From positions 358,112,001-358,176,000 of the forward strand of contig OZ024740.1 in NCBI GenBank assembly GCA_964016885.1: a stretch of DNA of 64,000 bases, given 5' to 3'. Made by a program: the position numbers and the translations under genes. Positions 1-11,600 of the stretch are shown one piece after another. The notes under the pieces were generated by a model. That model saw nothing but the letters and a program-made list of their open reading frames with translations. It made no database searches and was not told where the DNA came from. The first letter of the stretch is position 1. The number at the start of each line of letters is the position of its first letter. The DNA is from Eledone cirrhosa. Lineage: Eukaryota.

Positions 1-770
1 TACATTTAACAGCAAATTATTTTATTCAGCAATTTGCTATTAGACAGCACAGACCCTAGGAATCATCAGGGTTTATTAAAATCGTAAACGATTAATAAAG
101 AACAGACATTTGAGGATCATGGATAACATGAAATTACGTATCCAACTACATAGCAGGCCCACAGAACAAGGTTTCAAATGTGTTACAACGACTAAATGTT
201 TTTTGAAAGAACAGTAACTTTCCGATTATGAATTCAATGCAATATTCATGCCACATTCATCCACTGTGGTCTCCCCACACAAAACAAAGTGTTATGAAGA
301 TTGAAGCACCTCAAATGTCAATCACAAAAAAAATAGACGATATGATTAGAAAAGCTCAAACTCTATTCCCTCCAACGCCGCCGTGAGCGCTACATTATCT
401 GCATGGTGTGGAAGATATACCATCAGCATTGCCCACATGATGTTGGCATCATTTTAAAAGTATACCAAAGGCTTGAGTCCCGTGCTATCAAAAATCAAAA
501 ATCAAACTCACATCTCATAACAACTTTACGGCACAATTATTTTACCCCAATTGGTCCCGCTCTCTTTAACATTATACCAAAACACATTAAAACAGAAACA
601 GACGCCATAAAGCTCAAAGAAATCCGGGATAAATCTCCTACACTCGGATATGTCTCTACTTGAGTGGCGCTTGGTTTTCAAATCCTGAGATGAAATAATT
701 CACCAGGTGGTGCGATTAAGTTAGACATGGCCTGAGCCAATACTGACTAAAACATACCAAAGTTATCAAA
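1..770 (+). mobile_element. CR1-group LINE, degenerate 3' end of ORF2
   Basis: Translation around 360-660 gives LYSLQRRRERYIICMVWKI...NYFTPIGPALFNIIPKHIK, the C-terminal pattern of CR1-like RTs. Frameshifted; ends at (TA)n. Confidence 0.65.
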
Positions 771-785
771 ATTATATGTATATAT

Positions 786-854
<69 letters not shown>

Positions 855-954
855 TTAGTTAAGCAAAACAAGACCATAAATTTCACAAGGAAGACATTAT
901 TAAAAGATTGTCAACATATTTTAGTTTGATGTAAGGAATGTAGAGAATAATAAT

Positions 955-1141
955 TGTTTCTACTTTTGGCACAAGGCCAGCAATTATCCCAGTGCATTAC
1001 TGGTACTTTAATTTATCGACTCCGTAAGGATGAAAGGCAAAATTAACCTAGGCGGGATTTGAACTCAGAATGGCAAGGGCCGTAACTCTATGCATCAAAG
1101 CATGGCGTCCAACCCTCTACCGATACTGCCAATTCACCGCC
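955..1141 (-). mobile_element. tRNA-derived SINE
   Basis: A-box-like TGGCAGTATCGGTAG, B-box GAGTTCAAATC, central TTTGCCTTTCATCCTTACGGAGTCGATAAA. Flanking duplication AATGTAGAGAATAATAAT at 937 and 1143. Confidence 0.85.
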
Positions 1142-1185
1142 TAATGTAGAGAATAATAATAATAATATTAATAATAATAATGTCC

Positions 1186-1304
1186 GTTTACAATTGTTGC
1201 GCTACTCCATATAATATTTCTGGTTCAAATGACTATATATCATTATTGATCTGGTTCAGTTGAAAATAATTAACTTAGGTAAAATTAGAGCAGCTCATCG
1301 GAAC
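1186..1304 (-). ncRNA. Hammerhead ribozyme-like motif, degenerate, long stem II loop
   Basis: Minus strand: GTT CCGATGA GCTGCTC-[long loop]-GAGTAGC GCAA CAATTG TA AAC. GAAA has mutated to GCAA; palindromic stem III CAATTG. Confidence 0.6.
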
Positions 1305-1312
1305 TTCAAAGG

Positions 1313-1518
1313 AATATAAATTAAAATAAGGAAAGAATGTTACATGAATGTAATGTTCCATATATTGGTATTTCATTGTGGTGTCCTGGGTATATCTATT
1401 GTCTGCCATAGTCTAGTAGTATTCTTCTGTCGAGGCTGCATTGTGTGAGATCTTCCTATGGGTAACAATATATGGAACATTACATTCATGTAACATTCTT
1501 TCCTTATTTTAATTTATA
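1313..1518. repeat. Inverted repeat next to the HHR (PLE-end remnant)
   Basis: About 55 bp arms at 1313-1367 and 1466-1518 are near-perfect reverse complements. Confidence 0.8.
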
Positions 1519-1584
1519 ATTCAAAGAGGGCTCGATAAGGATAAATATATATCAAATATATAAGAACCGTAGAGCAAATATTTA

Positions 1585-1798
1585 TTAAAATAACAGATTA
1601 AAGTTTAAACAAAGAATCGCTGCTTTCACCCTTAACGGGATCTTCTGAAACTAAAAAAGTCAATCTGTGAAAGCAGAAGTAAATATTGCAACGTTTTTTG
1701 AAATATTTACTTCTGCGATCACAGATTGACTTTTTCAGTTTCAGAATATCCCGTTAAGGGTGAAAGCAGCGATTCTTTGCTTAAACTTTAATCTATTA

Positions 1799-1806
<8 letters not shown>
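1585..1806. mobile_element. Hairpin mini-element with an HHR-like motif in each arm
   Basis: About 105 bp arms. Outward strand reads CAGAAGA TCCC GTTAA GGGT GAAA GCAGC. Abuts (TA)n. Confidence 0.6.
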
Positions 1807-1877
<71 letters not shown>

Positions 1878-1914
1878 GTATATATATACATACATATATG
1901 AATATATATATACA

Positions 1915-2180
1915 TGGTATGTTCCCGTAACTCCTGATATAGTCGCAGGGGCGCCGTATTGACTTACACCGTTTCTTGGGCATTTGAAGTCTGGCAGTAC
2001 CTATCTCTCTCCAGATTTCTTCCAGAGAGAGGATGAATCGACACCAGTATTGGACTGGTACTTTTTTTATCAGCCTCGAAAGGATGAAAAGCAAAGTTAA
2101 CCTCGGCGTGATTTGAACTCTGTGATATGGAACGAATAAAGCATTGTATCCGATGTTCTAACGACTCTGCCAATTTGCCT
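1915..2180 (-). mobile_element. SINE, subfamily with a different tail
   Basis: Same head, B-box and central domain as the other SINEs, then a distinct 3' segment; lies between microsatellites. Confidence 0.65.
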
Positions 2181-2311
2181 ATATATATATATACATATAT
2201 ATATGTATATGTGCATATGTGTGTATGTGTATGTGTGTGTGTATGTGTGTGTGTGCGTGTGTGTGGCTGCGTGTGTGTATATACATACATATATATATGT
2301 GTGTGTATATA

Positions 2312-2356
<45 letters not shown>

Positions 2357-2475
2357 TTATATATATATATATGTGTGTGTTTATATATATATATACATAT
2401 ATATATATATGTGTGTGCATATATATATATATATATGTGCATATATATATGTCTGTGTGTGTGTGTGTATGTGTA

Positions 2476-2506
<31 letters not shown>

Positions 2507-2611
2507 GTGTGTATATATGTATATATACATATATATTTATATATATAGATATGTATGTATGTATATATATAGAATGTAGAGAAGTGGCACAAAAAAAAAC
2601 AATAAAAACAG

Positions 2612-3090
2612 TAGAAGAGATTTTCTCTCAGAATAACATCAAAACATTTATTTACAAAATAGGAACTACCACATTATTTGTACCGGTTTCAGCTTGTACG
2701 TTTTTTTTTACAAAACAGAAGTGTATAAGGCAAAATTGTATGTTAATAAGAACAATAAGAATATGGGGGAAAATTGGTGACCTTATCCGTGTCACTACCA
2801 ACAGTGGGAGTAGCAGGGAAGAATCAGTTCTGTTTAATCTGTTGGCTATGACTGTAGCACTAAGAGGGAAAGAAAGAAAACTACAGACAAAAATGTGAAC
2901 TTTTCTCCGTATATATGTATGTAAAAACAATTTTTTCCTCATATTTTTATTGTTCTTATTAATATGCAATTTAATTGCATTATACACTTCCATTGTGTGA
3001 AAAAGCGTACAAGCTGAAACCGGTACATTTAATGCGGAAATTCCTATTTAGCAAATAAACCTTTTGATGTTATTCTGAGAGAATATCCCT
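2612..3090. mobile_element. Old diverged palindromic element between (TA)n tracts
   Basis: Arms at about 2612-2780 and 2928-3090 are diverged reverse complements. Outward strand has ...AGCT GAAA CCGG TA CA, an HHR 3' half with palindromic CCGG. Confidence 0.6.
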
Positions 3091-3137
3091 TTAGCATTTT
3101 GTACTGTTTTTTTTTTCATTTTTACTATTGTATATGA

Positions 3138-3169
<32 letters not shown>

Positions 3170-3331
3170 AGGTGTGTATGTACATATATAAATATATATA
3201 TATATGTATGTGTGTGTGTATATATCTGTGTGTGTGTATATATATGTGTGTATATATATATATATGTATATGTATATATATGTATATGTATATATATATA
3301 TATTAATATATATATGTGTGTGTGTGTGTAT

Positions 3332-3369
<38 letters not shown>

Positions 3370-3371
3370 TA

Positions 3372-3985
3372 TGTCAGGTCACCAGTTGGTGCTACTGGTA
3401 ACATCTATCTCAGTACAACCTGTCTCATGGTCGGATCGTTGGCGACTAAACTGGCAACCTCACCAAGGTTTCTTGGTGAGGAGGGTGACTTTGGAATCCT
3501 GCAGGACTAAAAACAAAACCTGTCAAAAGGCAAAGGAGCTCTTAAGAGTCAATGGCCATCCAAAATCACCGGGAGAGATGATCCCTTACCCTTTGTCAAG
3601 GCAGAATTCTAGGAGAAGGAAAACTCTGATATAACACCTGCAACCCTGATCGTATCCAATGATGTTGACTTGTTCTTCTTTTTGGTAAATATCATCTTGG
3701 TTAAGAGAGTGGGACTGGCTTTGTGCAGTGCCTTTGCTCACTATAAAAGCTTCACGGCACAGGCATTGCTTTATATCTGGAGATCTCTCTGCACTTGTCG
3801 TCACATGGTACTATGGGCCCTGCACTATGTGTCAATAATTGCCACAGGTGTAGTGTTTGTACCAGAGTTTTCAAGTCGCTGGCTGGACTAAAAAGTCACA
3901 CTCGTTCAGCGCATCGGTAGGGAGTTCTCCTACATGGATATAAAGTAGTGGCCGTACTCGAAAACGAGTTGGCAGCCACCACCAT
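3372..3985 (+). mobile_element. RTE-like LINE 3' fragment
   Basis: 3843-3920 encodes HRCSVCTRVFKSLAGLKSHTRSAHR*, a C2H2-like tail as in RTE ORF ends, followed by a short 3' UTR and microsatellite. Confidence 0.5.
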
Positions 3986-4008
3986 ATATATGTATAGCGG
4001 GGTATGTG

Positions 4009-4039
<31 letters not shown>

Positions 4040-4082
4040 GTATACATATATATGTGTATTTATATATATGTGTGCATACATA

Positions 4083-4130
<48 letters not shown>

Positions 4131-4137
<7 letters not shown>

Positions 4138-4355
4138 ATACTTTGGGAGGGCCATGTTGCCAATAAGAAACACACGCACCAGTTGCTTTCACTTCAATTT
4201 ATTATAATAAATTTATAAATTTATTATAATAAATTGAAGTGAATGCGACTGGTGCGTGTGTTTCTTATTGGCAACATGACCCTCCCAAAGTATAACAATA
4301 TCGGTTTCAACACACGTTTTCAGATAAAGAATCTTGCTAAACAAATTCAGAAACG

Positions 4356-4358
<3 letters not shown>
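4131..4358. mobile_element. Palindromic mini-element, 'MTLPKYNN' family
   Basis: Near-perfect palindrome 4131-4300 with centre near 4215, plus a 58 nt tail at 4301-4358. (TA)n on both sides. Homologous to the ends of 25777-27170. Confidence 0.75.
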
Positions 4359-4426
<68 letters not shown>

Positions 4427-4431
<5 letters not shown>

Positions 4432-6820
4432 AGATCAAAAGATGGTTAAAAGAGTTCCAAGTATTTTATTATGCGCATTTCAAAAACAAATATCATCATG
4501 GGATGATATTTGCGTTCTCATCAGATAAAATAGGGCGACATGATATGAAGCTTAAAAAACACTTGCGAGCAGTGAAGTGTTAAATCAACATATGAAAAAT
4601 AAAGTAAGATGGATATATGAGGTTGGGAAAAAAAGGAGGGGTGGGGGTAGGAAAAGGTAAGGAAGAGGAAGAAAGAAAATAAAGGATGACGAGGGAGGAG
4701 TATAAGAAGGAAATGATGGGAGAGGAGGAGAAATGAGTGATAGAGAGAAAGAAATAGCCTTTACAACTGAGAAAACATTGTCTCACAGAGAGAAATTAAA
4801 AACCGGTGAAAGATAATAGTTAATTTAAAAAGATTTTGTAATTAAAAGTTAATGAGGTTTATGAATGGGGATGTTTATGATTAAAGAAAAAGGAATTAAG
4901 AATAGTATTTATTTAAGGTTTATATATTGAAGGGTTTAATAATATGTGCGAAAAAAAAAGAATTTATTAATATGTATTATTAAAATAAAAATATTAAGGA
5001 TATTAAGGATATAATGTGAAAGAAGGAGAGATTGAATGAATTATGAACTTAGAGGAATTAGTTAGGGTTTAAGTTTGTTTTTATGTATTGTAATATGTAA
5101 AAGTAAATAATAGGTTTAATACCAGCACGGAAGGAGAGAAGAAAGAAGAACATTTAAGGAGGACAAATATATATAACGTCAAAAAGTATATATGTTTACA
5201 CAAATTTACTAATGGTAATATTATTATATATAAAAAAAAATATAGTTTGTATGGCCAAGAATATAAGGAAAAATGGAAAATACTATAGTGAGTAATAATA
5301 TGAATTAAGAAGTAATTGAGAAGTAAAAGTTACAGATTAAAGATTAGAAATTAAAAAAGAAAAAAGGAAGAAAGGAAAAAAGAAGAAAGATAGGGGACCA
5401 CTAACGACATAGATGAGTAAATTGTATAATATAATATACTGAAATAAGGTAGAAAGATGGGTATATTTGTAAAAGATATAAAAGCATTTGAGAAAAGAAG
5501 ATTTTAAACTAATTAGGTATTGAAATATTAGCTGTATACTTTATGGAAAGTTCTATGGGATTTATGCAAGCAGAGCGAAAATAAATCCGTACGTCAATTT
5601 ATTATAGAATTAAAATGAGATATAATGGTAAATTTCTCGGCTAGGCAGAGATTACATGTTCTGGATAGGGAAGAATTCCGGTAAGGAAAGGTGTTGCAAA
5701 CCTTCCTCCAAGAGATGTTATAGTTAATATTTTTGTCTTTTAAGGACCATATGAGTTCCGAGGGTGCCGTATTAGTTCTTTTAAGTTGGTATTTAAAAGA
5801 CGAATTGTGATTATAAAATCTTGCTTTAAAGGAAGTGGAAGTGGAACCGAAATAGGTAAAAGAATTCGTACCAGTTATAACCTTACATTCGTACACTAAG
5901 TTTTTATCAAGACATTGGTTATTAAGAGGACATTTAGTTCTAATAGGGCAATTACATTACGATTAGAGAAATTAACAGAGTTATTAACAAGTGACCTAGT
6001 ATTATTTATAGAAGGAATTGGATTGGAGAAATTATTTACGATAGGAACTATAGTTTCCTGATTTAGATTGGTGTTATGAACATTCAACGAAGTTACGTTT
6101 GACGTCGTATTTAAATTTACTGAATCTAGCCTAGAGTTAACATTGACGTCGGGTTTACTATTGCTATTATTATTTAATATTTTATTATTGTGTTTAGAGA
6201 TAATGTTACAGATGTTGGAAGTGGTTGAATAAGAGAATTTGATTGTATGTTTGTTAAAGATCTTCCTATAGATATGCAAGGGAGGGAAGTATTTATCTAT
6301 GAATAGTTTAGGAATATTACTAGTAATAGATAGAGAAAAGGGAGCATTATACCAAATCATATTTTTGTATCTAGGTCTTTTATTTAAGTTATTGGAATGT
6401 TAATAATTACCTATTTTACTATAATTCCTTCGATGATTGGTTTCTTTACTGTATTTAATTTTATCAGGATAACCGGCTTTGGAAAGCGCATTATTATAGT
6501 AATTGGCATTAGCGTCGAAGATAACTTTATTAGGTGATAGATTTGAGATTCTTTTTTCAAAATTACTGACTATAGAATTTTTAACGTTAGTGGGGTGGTT
6601 AGATTTAAAATTAACATAATTTAGATTCTCATTGTCTTTATGGTAAGGGTAATATAGGCCAGTGTCAAGATTAAGGGATATATCCAGGAAGTTAGCTAGT
6701 TTGACGTTGTTATCAAATTCAATTTTAAGGTTATGGTGCTTAAATAGATCAAGTATATTGTTCTTAATAATATTAAGGTTAACTAAGTTACAGTTTAAGA
6801 CAGTAAAAAGGGCATCGTCA

Positions 6821-6822
<2 letters not shown>
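4427..6822 (-). mobile_element. Penelope-like element, Hydra-clade-like, 5'-truncated
   Basis: Broken ORF: RT thumb (DDALF...NFLDISLNL...YPYHK...SNHP), linker WYNAPFS, nuclease YFGSTSTSFKARFYNH...IWSLK...CNLCLAEK. T-rich 3' UTR, HHR at the end, (TA)n on both sides. Confidence 0.85.
4464..4530 (-). ncRNA. Type I hammerhead ribozyme
   Basis: TTTTAT CTGATGA GAACGCAAATATCATC-CCAT-GATGATATTTGTTTTT GAAA TGCGCA TA ATAAAA. Canonical core, palindromic stem III. Confidence 0.9.
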
Positions 6823-6876
<54 letters not shown>

Positions 6877-8129
6877 AAACAAGGGGCTGTGTGGTTAGTT
6901 GAGAAAGTGTATTTAGAAATAAAAGGAAAGCACAAACAGGGACAAGTCCCTTCTAGCAGACAACTGAAGAGGGGATCTGTCCCATGTTTTTGCTTTCCTT
7001 ATATACATATATATATATAACATATATGTGTGTATGTATGTGTGTTTATACACTCATGAATATCGAAACTCTTTTCTTTTTGTACTTAAAAATAAAATGC
7101 CTTCCCAAATTTCAATATATGTATGTATAGATTAATGGATGGATGTACACTCCTTTATATTGAAACGTCTTTTTGTGCTTTAATGAAAAAGAGGGTGCCC
7201 TACCTCATTATTATTCCAACACCCACATTCCAATATATTTACAAACAATTTTCTTCTAAAACCTGTCGGTCTACTTTGAAATTCATAAATGGTTGTTAAA
7301 ATGAAACTTGTAGCAATACAAGTTTCTCTTCATCTTCTTCATAATCAGTTATTACAAGGCTGTGACTAAATTTCCTTCTACTAATCATGTTTATTCAGTT
7401 GCTCACGAAAACCATGTATTCCATGACTCACAAATCTGTTTTTTTTTTGTTTTTTTTTTTACTTCTTCCTCCCATTCTTCGACTTTGGATTATTTTTACT
7501 ATACCTTTAGTTCAAATTAACAAAGGAAACTCTATATGATCATAGTCTTCTCCCTCAAACAACATCTTAAGAATAGACACAATAGTTGATATAGGCTTCT
7601 AAAAAGACACGACTTGAATACCTATTGATCATATATTTCGACTAAATAAAATAACGGTCAGTATATTTAACTCAGTCGTACCTACATCTAATGTAGCAGT
7701 GACTTCATCAAGGAAGGACCAGTATTCTGACTCTTGTTTGGTGCATAAACTTACATCGCTCCCAGAAACCTATCTTTCAGCCTAAGCTTCAAGAGGCAAA
7801 TCCTCCCTCCTAATGGGATCCAGTTCACAACACATTCTGACAGTCAGGGGCTTGTGAGTAACCCCACCCCCATCAGTGCAGTAATTTCTGGCGCCATAAC
7901 TGAATAGTGGAGTTTCTATCCTCCATCCAAATCTAAATTATCAGAGCCACGGAACTAGTTCCTGCTCTATACCTGTTTGGGCTGTAATGTGCCAGGTTCC
8001 AACTGTCACTGTTTGTTCTCTTCCGAACCCTCTTTGGAGTTTCGGGACAAGCCTCCCAGGACAGGTCACAGGCCCATCACCAGTTTTTGTAGACTGCAGT
8101 ATACTTTTCGAAAGGCCTAAACGCGTCCC

Positions 8130-8610
8130 CCATGAACCCACGCGAAGGGCGATGCGGTATGGTTCTTTTTCGATCTTCTCAACATATTGCAGATTTGGTG
8201 GTCTTATTTGCGCCAGTCATCAATTTGGTACTTTCTCAAACTCGCGAAGACTATACTTTTTTTAATAGGTTTTATGCCGAGTGCTGCATGGCTGGAATGA
8301 AAATCAGTGCTGCGAAAACTGAGAAATTCGTCCACTCAAGGAAGCCTACGCAGTGCACCACATATGTCAATAGAGTTCCACTAAATAAGGTGGAGAAGTT
8401 CGAGTATCTCGGGGCCGTGTTCAGGAGTGATGGGATGGAGGAAGCTGATTTAAGTGCACTAATGCGCCAGCTTCAGCATTCGGTAATCAGAAGAAGGGAG
8501 TAGGTGAAAAAACCAAACTGGCTTTCTTCAATTCAGTATTCGTTCCAAACCCTTACTTATGTTCATGAATCTGGAATAATGGCCGAAAGAATAGGATCGC
8601 AAATACAACC
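8130..8610 (+). mobile_element. RTE-like LINE RT fragment
   Basis: AECCMAGMKISAAKTE...LNKVEKFEYLGAVF...LTYVHES. Similar to 41610-41880. Confidence 0.7.
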
Positions 8611-8841
8611 CCACGCACACGTACCCACACACCCTCGTACACCACCAACTCTACACACCCTACCCCCACTAACTCCCACTCACACCTGCATTCCACCCCT
8701 CCCCACCTCCCGTCTACTAACACCCACTAACACCTCCTCACCAAACTACACACACACCAGTACACCACACTCCCTCCCTAGAACCACACACACCCTTCTC
8801 TCCCCACTCCACACTCACTCATCCCACTAACACCCCTACTA

Positions 8842-8910
<69 letters not shown>

Positions 8911-9860
8911 CCTCACTCCAACTCTCACACCTACCCATCCTCGCCTCCCTATCATTCCGCTGACTGCTGCTATGCCCTTCCGACCACTGTCTCAGCACCC
9001 ACTGACCACAGCACTTCCACTGCTGACCACTTCCTGTTGCGCGCGCACCCCACATCTCTCCTCTTCCGACCACCGCTTCTTGGATTACCCACACGCGTTT
9101 TGACTTCCAACCAAAATCTCCATACATCCGTGTAACTTACCACTTTTCAACCATCCTCTAACACCATCACCTATATAACTCACCCACACACACATCCCAA
9201 AACAAATTTTTTTATCCACACGCCACCCACACCCACAACACGCTTAAACCACACACACGTGCTTCCCACCACATATTTACACCCTCAGCCCCCTGATTCC
9301 TCTCCCCCCACCCCCTATCCACACACGCACAGACCCTCCGACACACAAAAACACCCCCCACACACACCTTCCTGAACATGCAACCCCGTTCTTCCCCCAA
9401 CTCTCACTTTCACATACACACACACACACACACACGCACACCTAACCACACACACCACCTTCAGCCCTCCCCGCTCGGACACCCCGTCTCCCTCTCCCCA
9501 CTCCACCCGCCTCCACCTCTACTCACCCCACACCCTTCCACCACCTGTTTACCCCCCTTTTAATTTCAGTTTATTTTGATCATGCCTTTATTTTTAAATG
9601 TTCTCATTCCTTGTATTTTGATCATGCTTTATTTTTATTTATTATTTATTATAATTTTGTCTTTATTTGTTAATTTTTCATTCGCACCGTTTCCTTTCGC
9701 TATATGTCTCTCCACCACTCCCCTACACACCTTTTGAACTCTTACCCGAAGAAGGGCTTATGCCCGAAACGTCGTCCTCCACCTACCCCCCACTCTCCTG
9801 AGCGTGAAGCTAATAAACATTTGTCGTACTGCCTCTCTGTTCTGTCCCTGTTCAATTTTT

Positions 9861-9865
<5 letters not shown>
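8610..9865 (+). mobile_element. PLE 3' end / pseudo-LTR with C/A-rich UTR
   Basis: Low-complexity C/A-rich tract, then minimal HHR, AATAAA and a T-rich end against (TA)n. Confidence 0.55.
9744..9775 (+). ncRNA. Minimal hammerhead ribozyme (U4C variant)
   Basis: AC CCGAAGA AGGGC TTAT GCCC GAAA CG TC GT, the typical minimal PLE HHR form. Confidence 0.75.
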
Positions 9866-9914
<49 letters not shown>

Positions 9915-10294
9915 AGCAACTTAACAGACACGATTTTTGACTGCGGTAAGAAATTCTTTCTTATATCAAAGTTTAATGGGCTTCCACTGATGATTTATAA
10001 GCGCCCACCTAAATATATTCTTACATGAATATATATTAGGCTTCTACATAAACTGGAAATATTCTCCCAACTTGTAGAAAACTTATAATGAAACAATTGT
10101 TTGGAAAGAGAGATATACTTTAACTTTAAATATATCTCATAAAATAATACAACTGGTTTTTCCACATTATACATATTGTTAGCACCCCAAACACTTAAAT
10201 TGGGTTTATATTTAAATATAACCTAATGTTTGTTGAGTGAGATGGTTACCAGTCAGAGTTTAGCTTTAAACTATCTCTGTTATTGTATTAAATA

Positions 10295-10361
<67 letters not shown>

Positions 10362-10456
10362 GTAGAACACTGGAAGGTAATATCCGTAGTGGTAGAGCAC
10401 TCAGTCCATGGGACGAGTTAGGTAGAAGTGGTTACACAACAGTTAGTTCACCATAC

Positions 10457-10494
10457 CGAGAACAATTGTTTCACCTTAGCGGATCCTCAGCTCA
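10457..10494 (-). ncRNA. Minimal hammerhead ribozyme (left arm)
   Basis: GAG CTGAGGA TCC GCTAA GGT GAAA CAATTG TT CTC. Confidence 0.8.
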
Positions 10495-11522
10495 TAATGG
10501 ACATGGTTATACGGAACAGGAAGGACAACCATACGAACGCGCATGCGCAGAAATGATCACTTACACAGGCAATACTAAATTGCGTGCGAGAGGTGTAAGG
10601 GAGATAACTGCGAAAGTCCGAAAGTTTCTAGTTGATAAGAAAATTAGGATGTTGTAATTCAATCCGGATCTTTGTAGTTATGTAAGAGGTGTTTCCAGAA
10701 GTGTGGACAACGTGTGAAGAATCCATTTCTCGTGTTTAGGCAATCACTATTTATTCGTTCATCAATACATAGTCCACACGACGGATTGCCCCTTGCGTAT
10801 GGCTTGGACTTGCTGATGGCTTTCCATTGAATGGAGTAGTCTATACTTGAGTTCTTGAGGGACCATACATGGCTCGCGAGTTTCGTGGATGAACGAAGAG
10901 CAACACCCCACCAGGGTGCTCTTGCCGTAAGCCCGAAGCTTGTCCCCTTCAACAGCAATGCAACACACCCGCTGTAGTTTATGAAGCTGTGGTCACTTCC
11001 AACCGACCAAATCAACCACAGGAGGTCAAATCCTATGTGGGAATGGCGGAGGGCCGATTTAAGAAACGCTTCCTGAACCACCAGGCGACCTTTAGGTACC
11101 CGAACAGACGTTCATCCACGAAATTCGCGAGCCTCAAGGACTCAAGTATAGACTACTCCATTCAATGGAAAGCCATCACTAAGTCCAAGCCATACACAAG
11201 GGGCAATCCGTCGTGTGGACTATGTATTGATGAACGAATAAATATTCTAAAGAGATTACGCAATAGTGATTGCCTAAACACGAGAAATGAATTCTTCACA
11301 CGTTGTCCACACGTCTGGAAACACCTCTTACATAACTACAAAGCTCCGGATTGAATTACAACAACATACTAATCTTCTTATCAACTAGAAACTTTCGGAC
11401 TTTCGCAGTTATCTCCCTTACACCTCTCGCACGAAATTTAGTATTGCCTGTGTGAAGTGATCGTTTCTGCGCATGCGCGTTCGTACGGTTGTCCTTCCTG
11501 TTCCGTATAACCATGTCCATTA

Positions 11523-11560
11523 CGAGCTGAGGATCCGCTAAGGTGAAACAATTGTTCTCG
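11523..11560 (+). ncRNA. Minimal hammerhead ribozyme (right arm)
   Basis: CGAG CTGAGGA TCC GCTAA GGT GAAA CAATTG TT CTCG. Confidence 0.85.
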
Positions 11561-11600
11561 GTATGGTGAACTAAATGTTGTGTAACCACTTATATATATA

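Larger units (their letters stand above)
10359..11591. mobile_element. Palindromic PLE insertion (Hydra-clade-like nuclease end)
   Basis: Arms 10426-10895 and 11109-11591. ORF 10989-11354 YVGMAEGRFKKRFLNH...CGLCIDER...RCPH and its inverted copy. Left-only tail 10359-10425. (TA)n flanks. Confidence 0.9.

Noticed and set aside
4290-4330. Inward-reading HHR-like string (CTGAAAAC..GAAA) at the MTLPKYNN family end, also near 25795
   Set aside because: The core is incomplete and not conserved between copies, and the variation pattern fits coding on the opposite strand.
6924-7000. Imperfect hairpin containing CTGAAGAG
   Set aside because: No GAAA or stem III; too degenerate to call.
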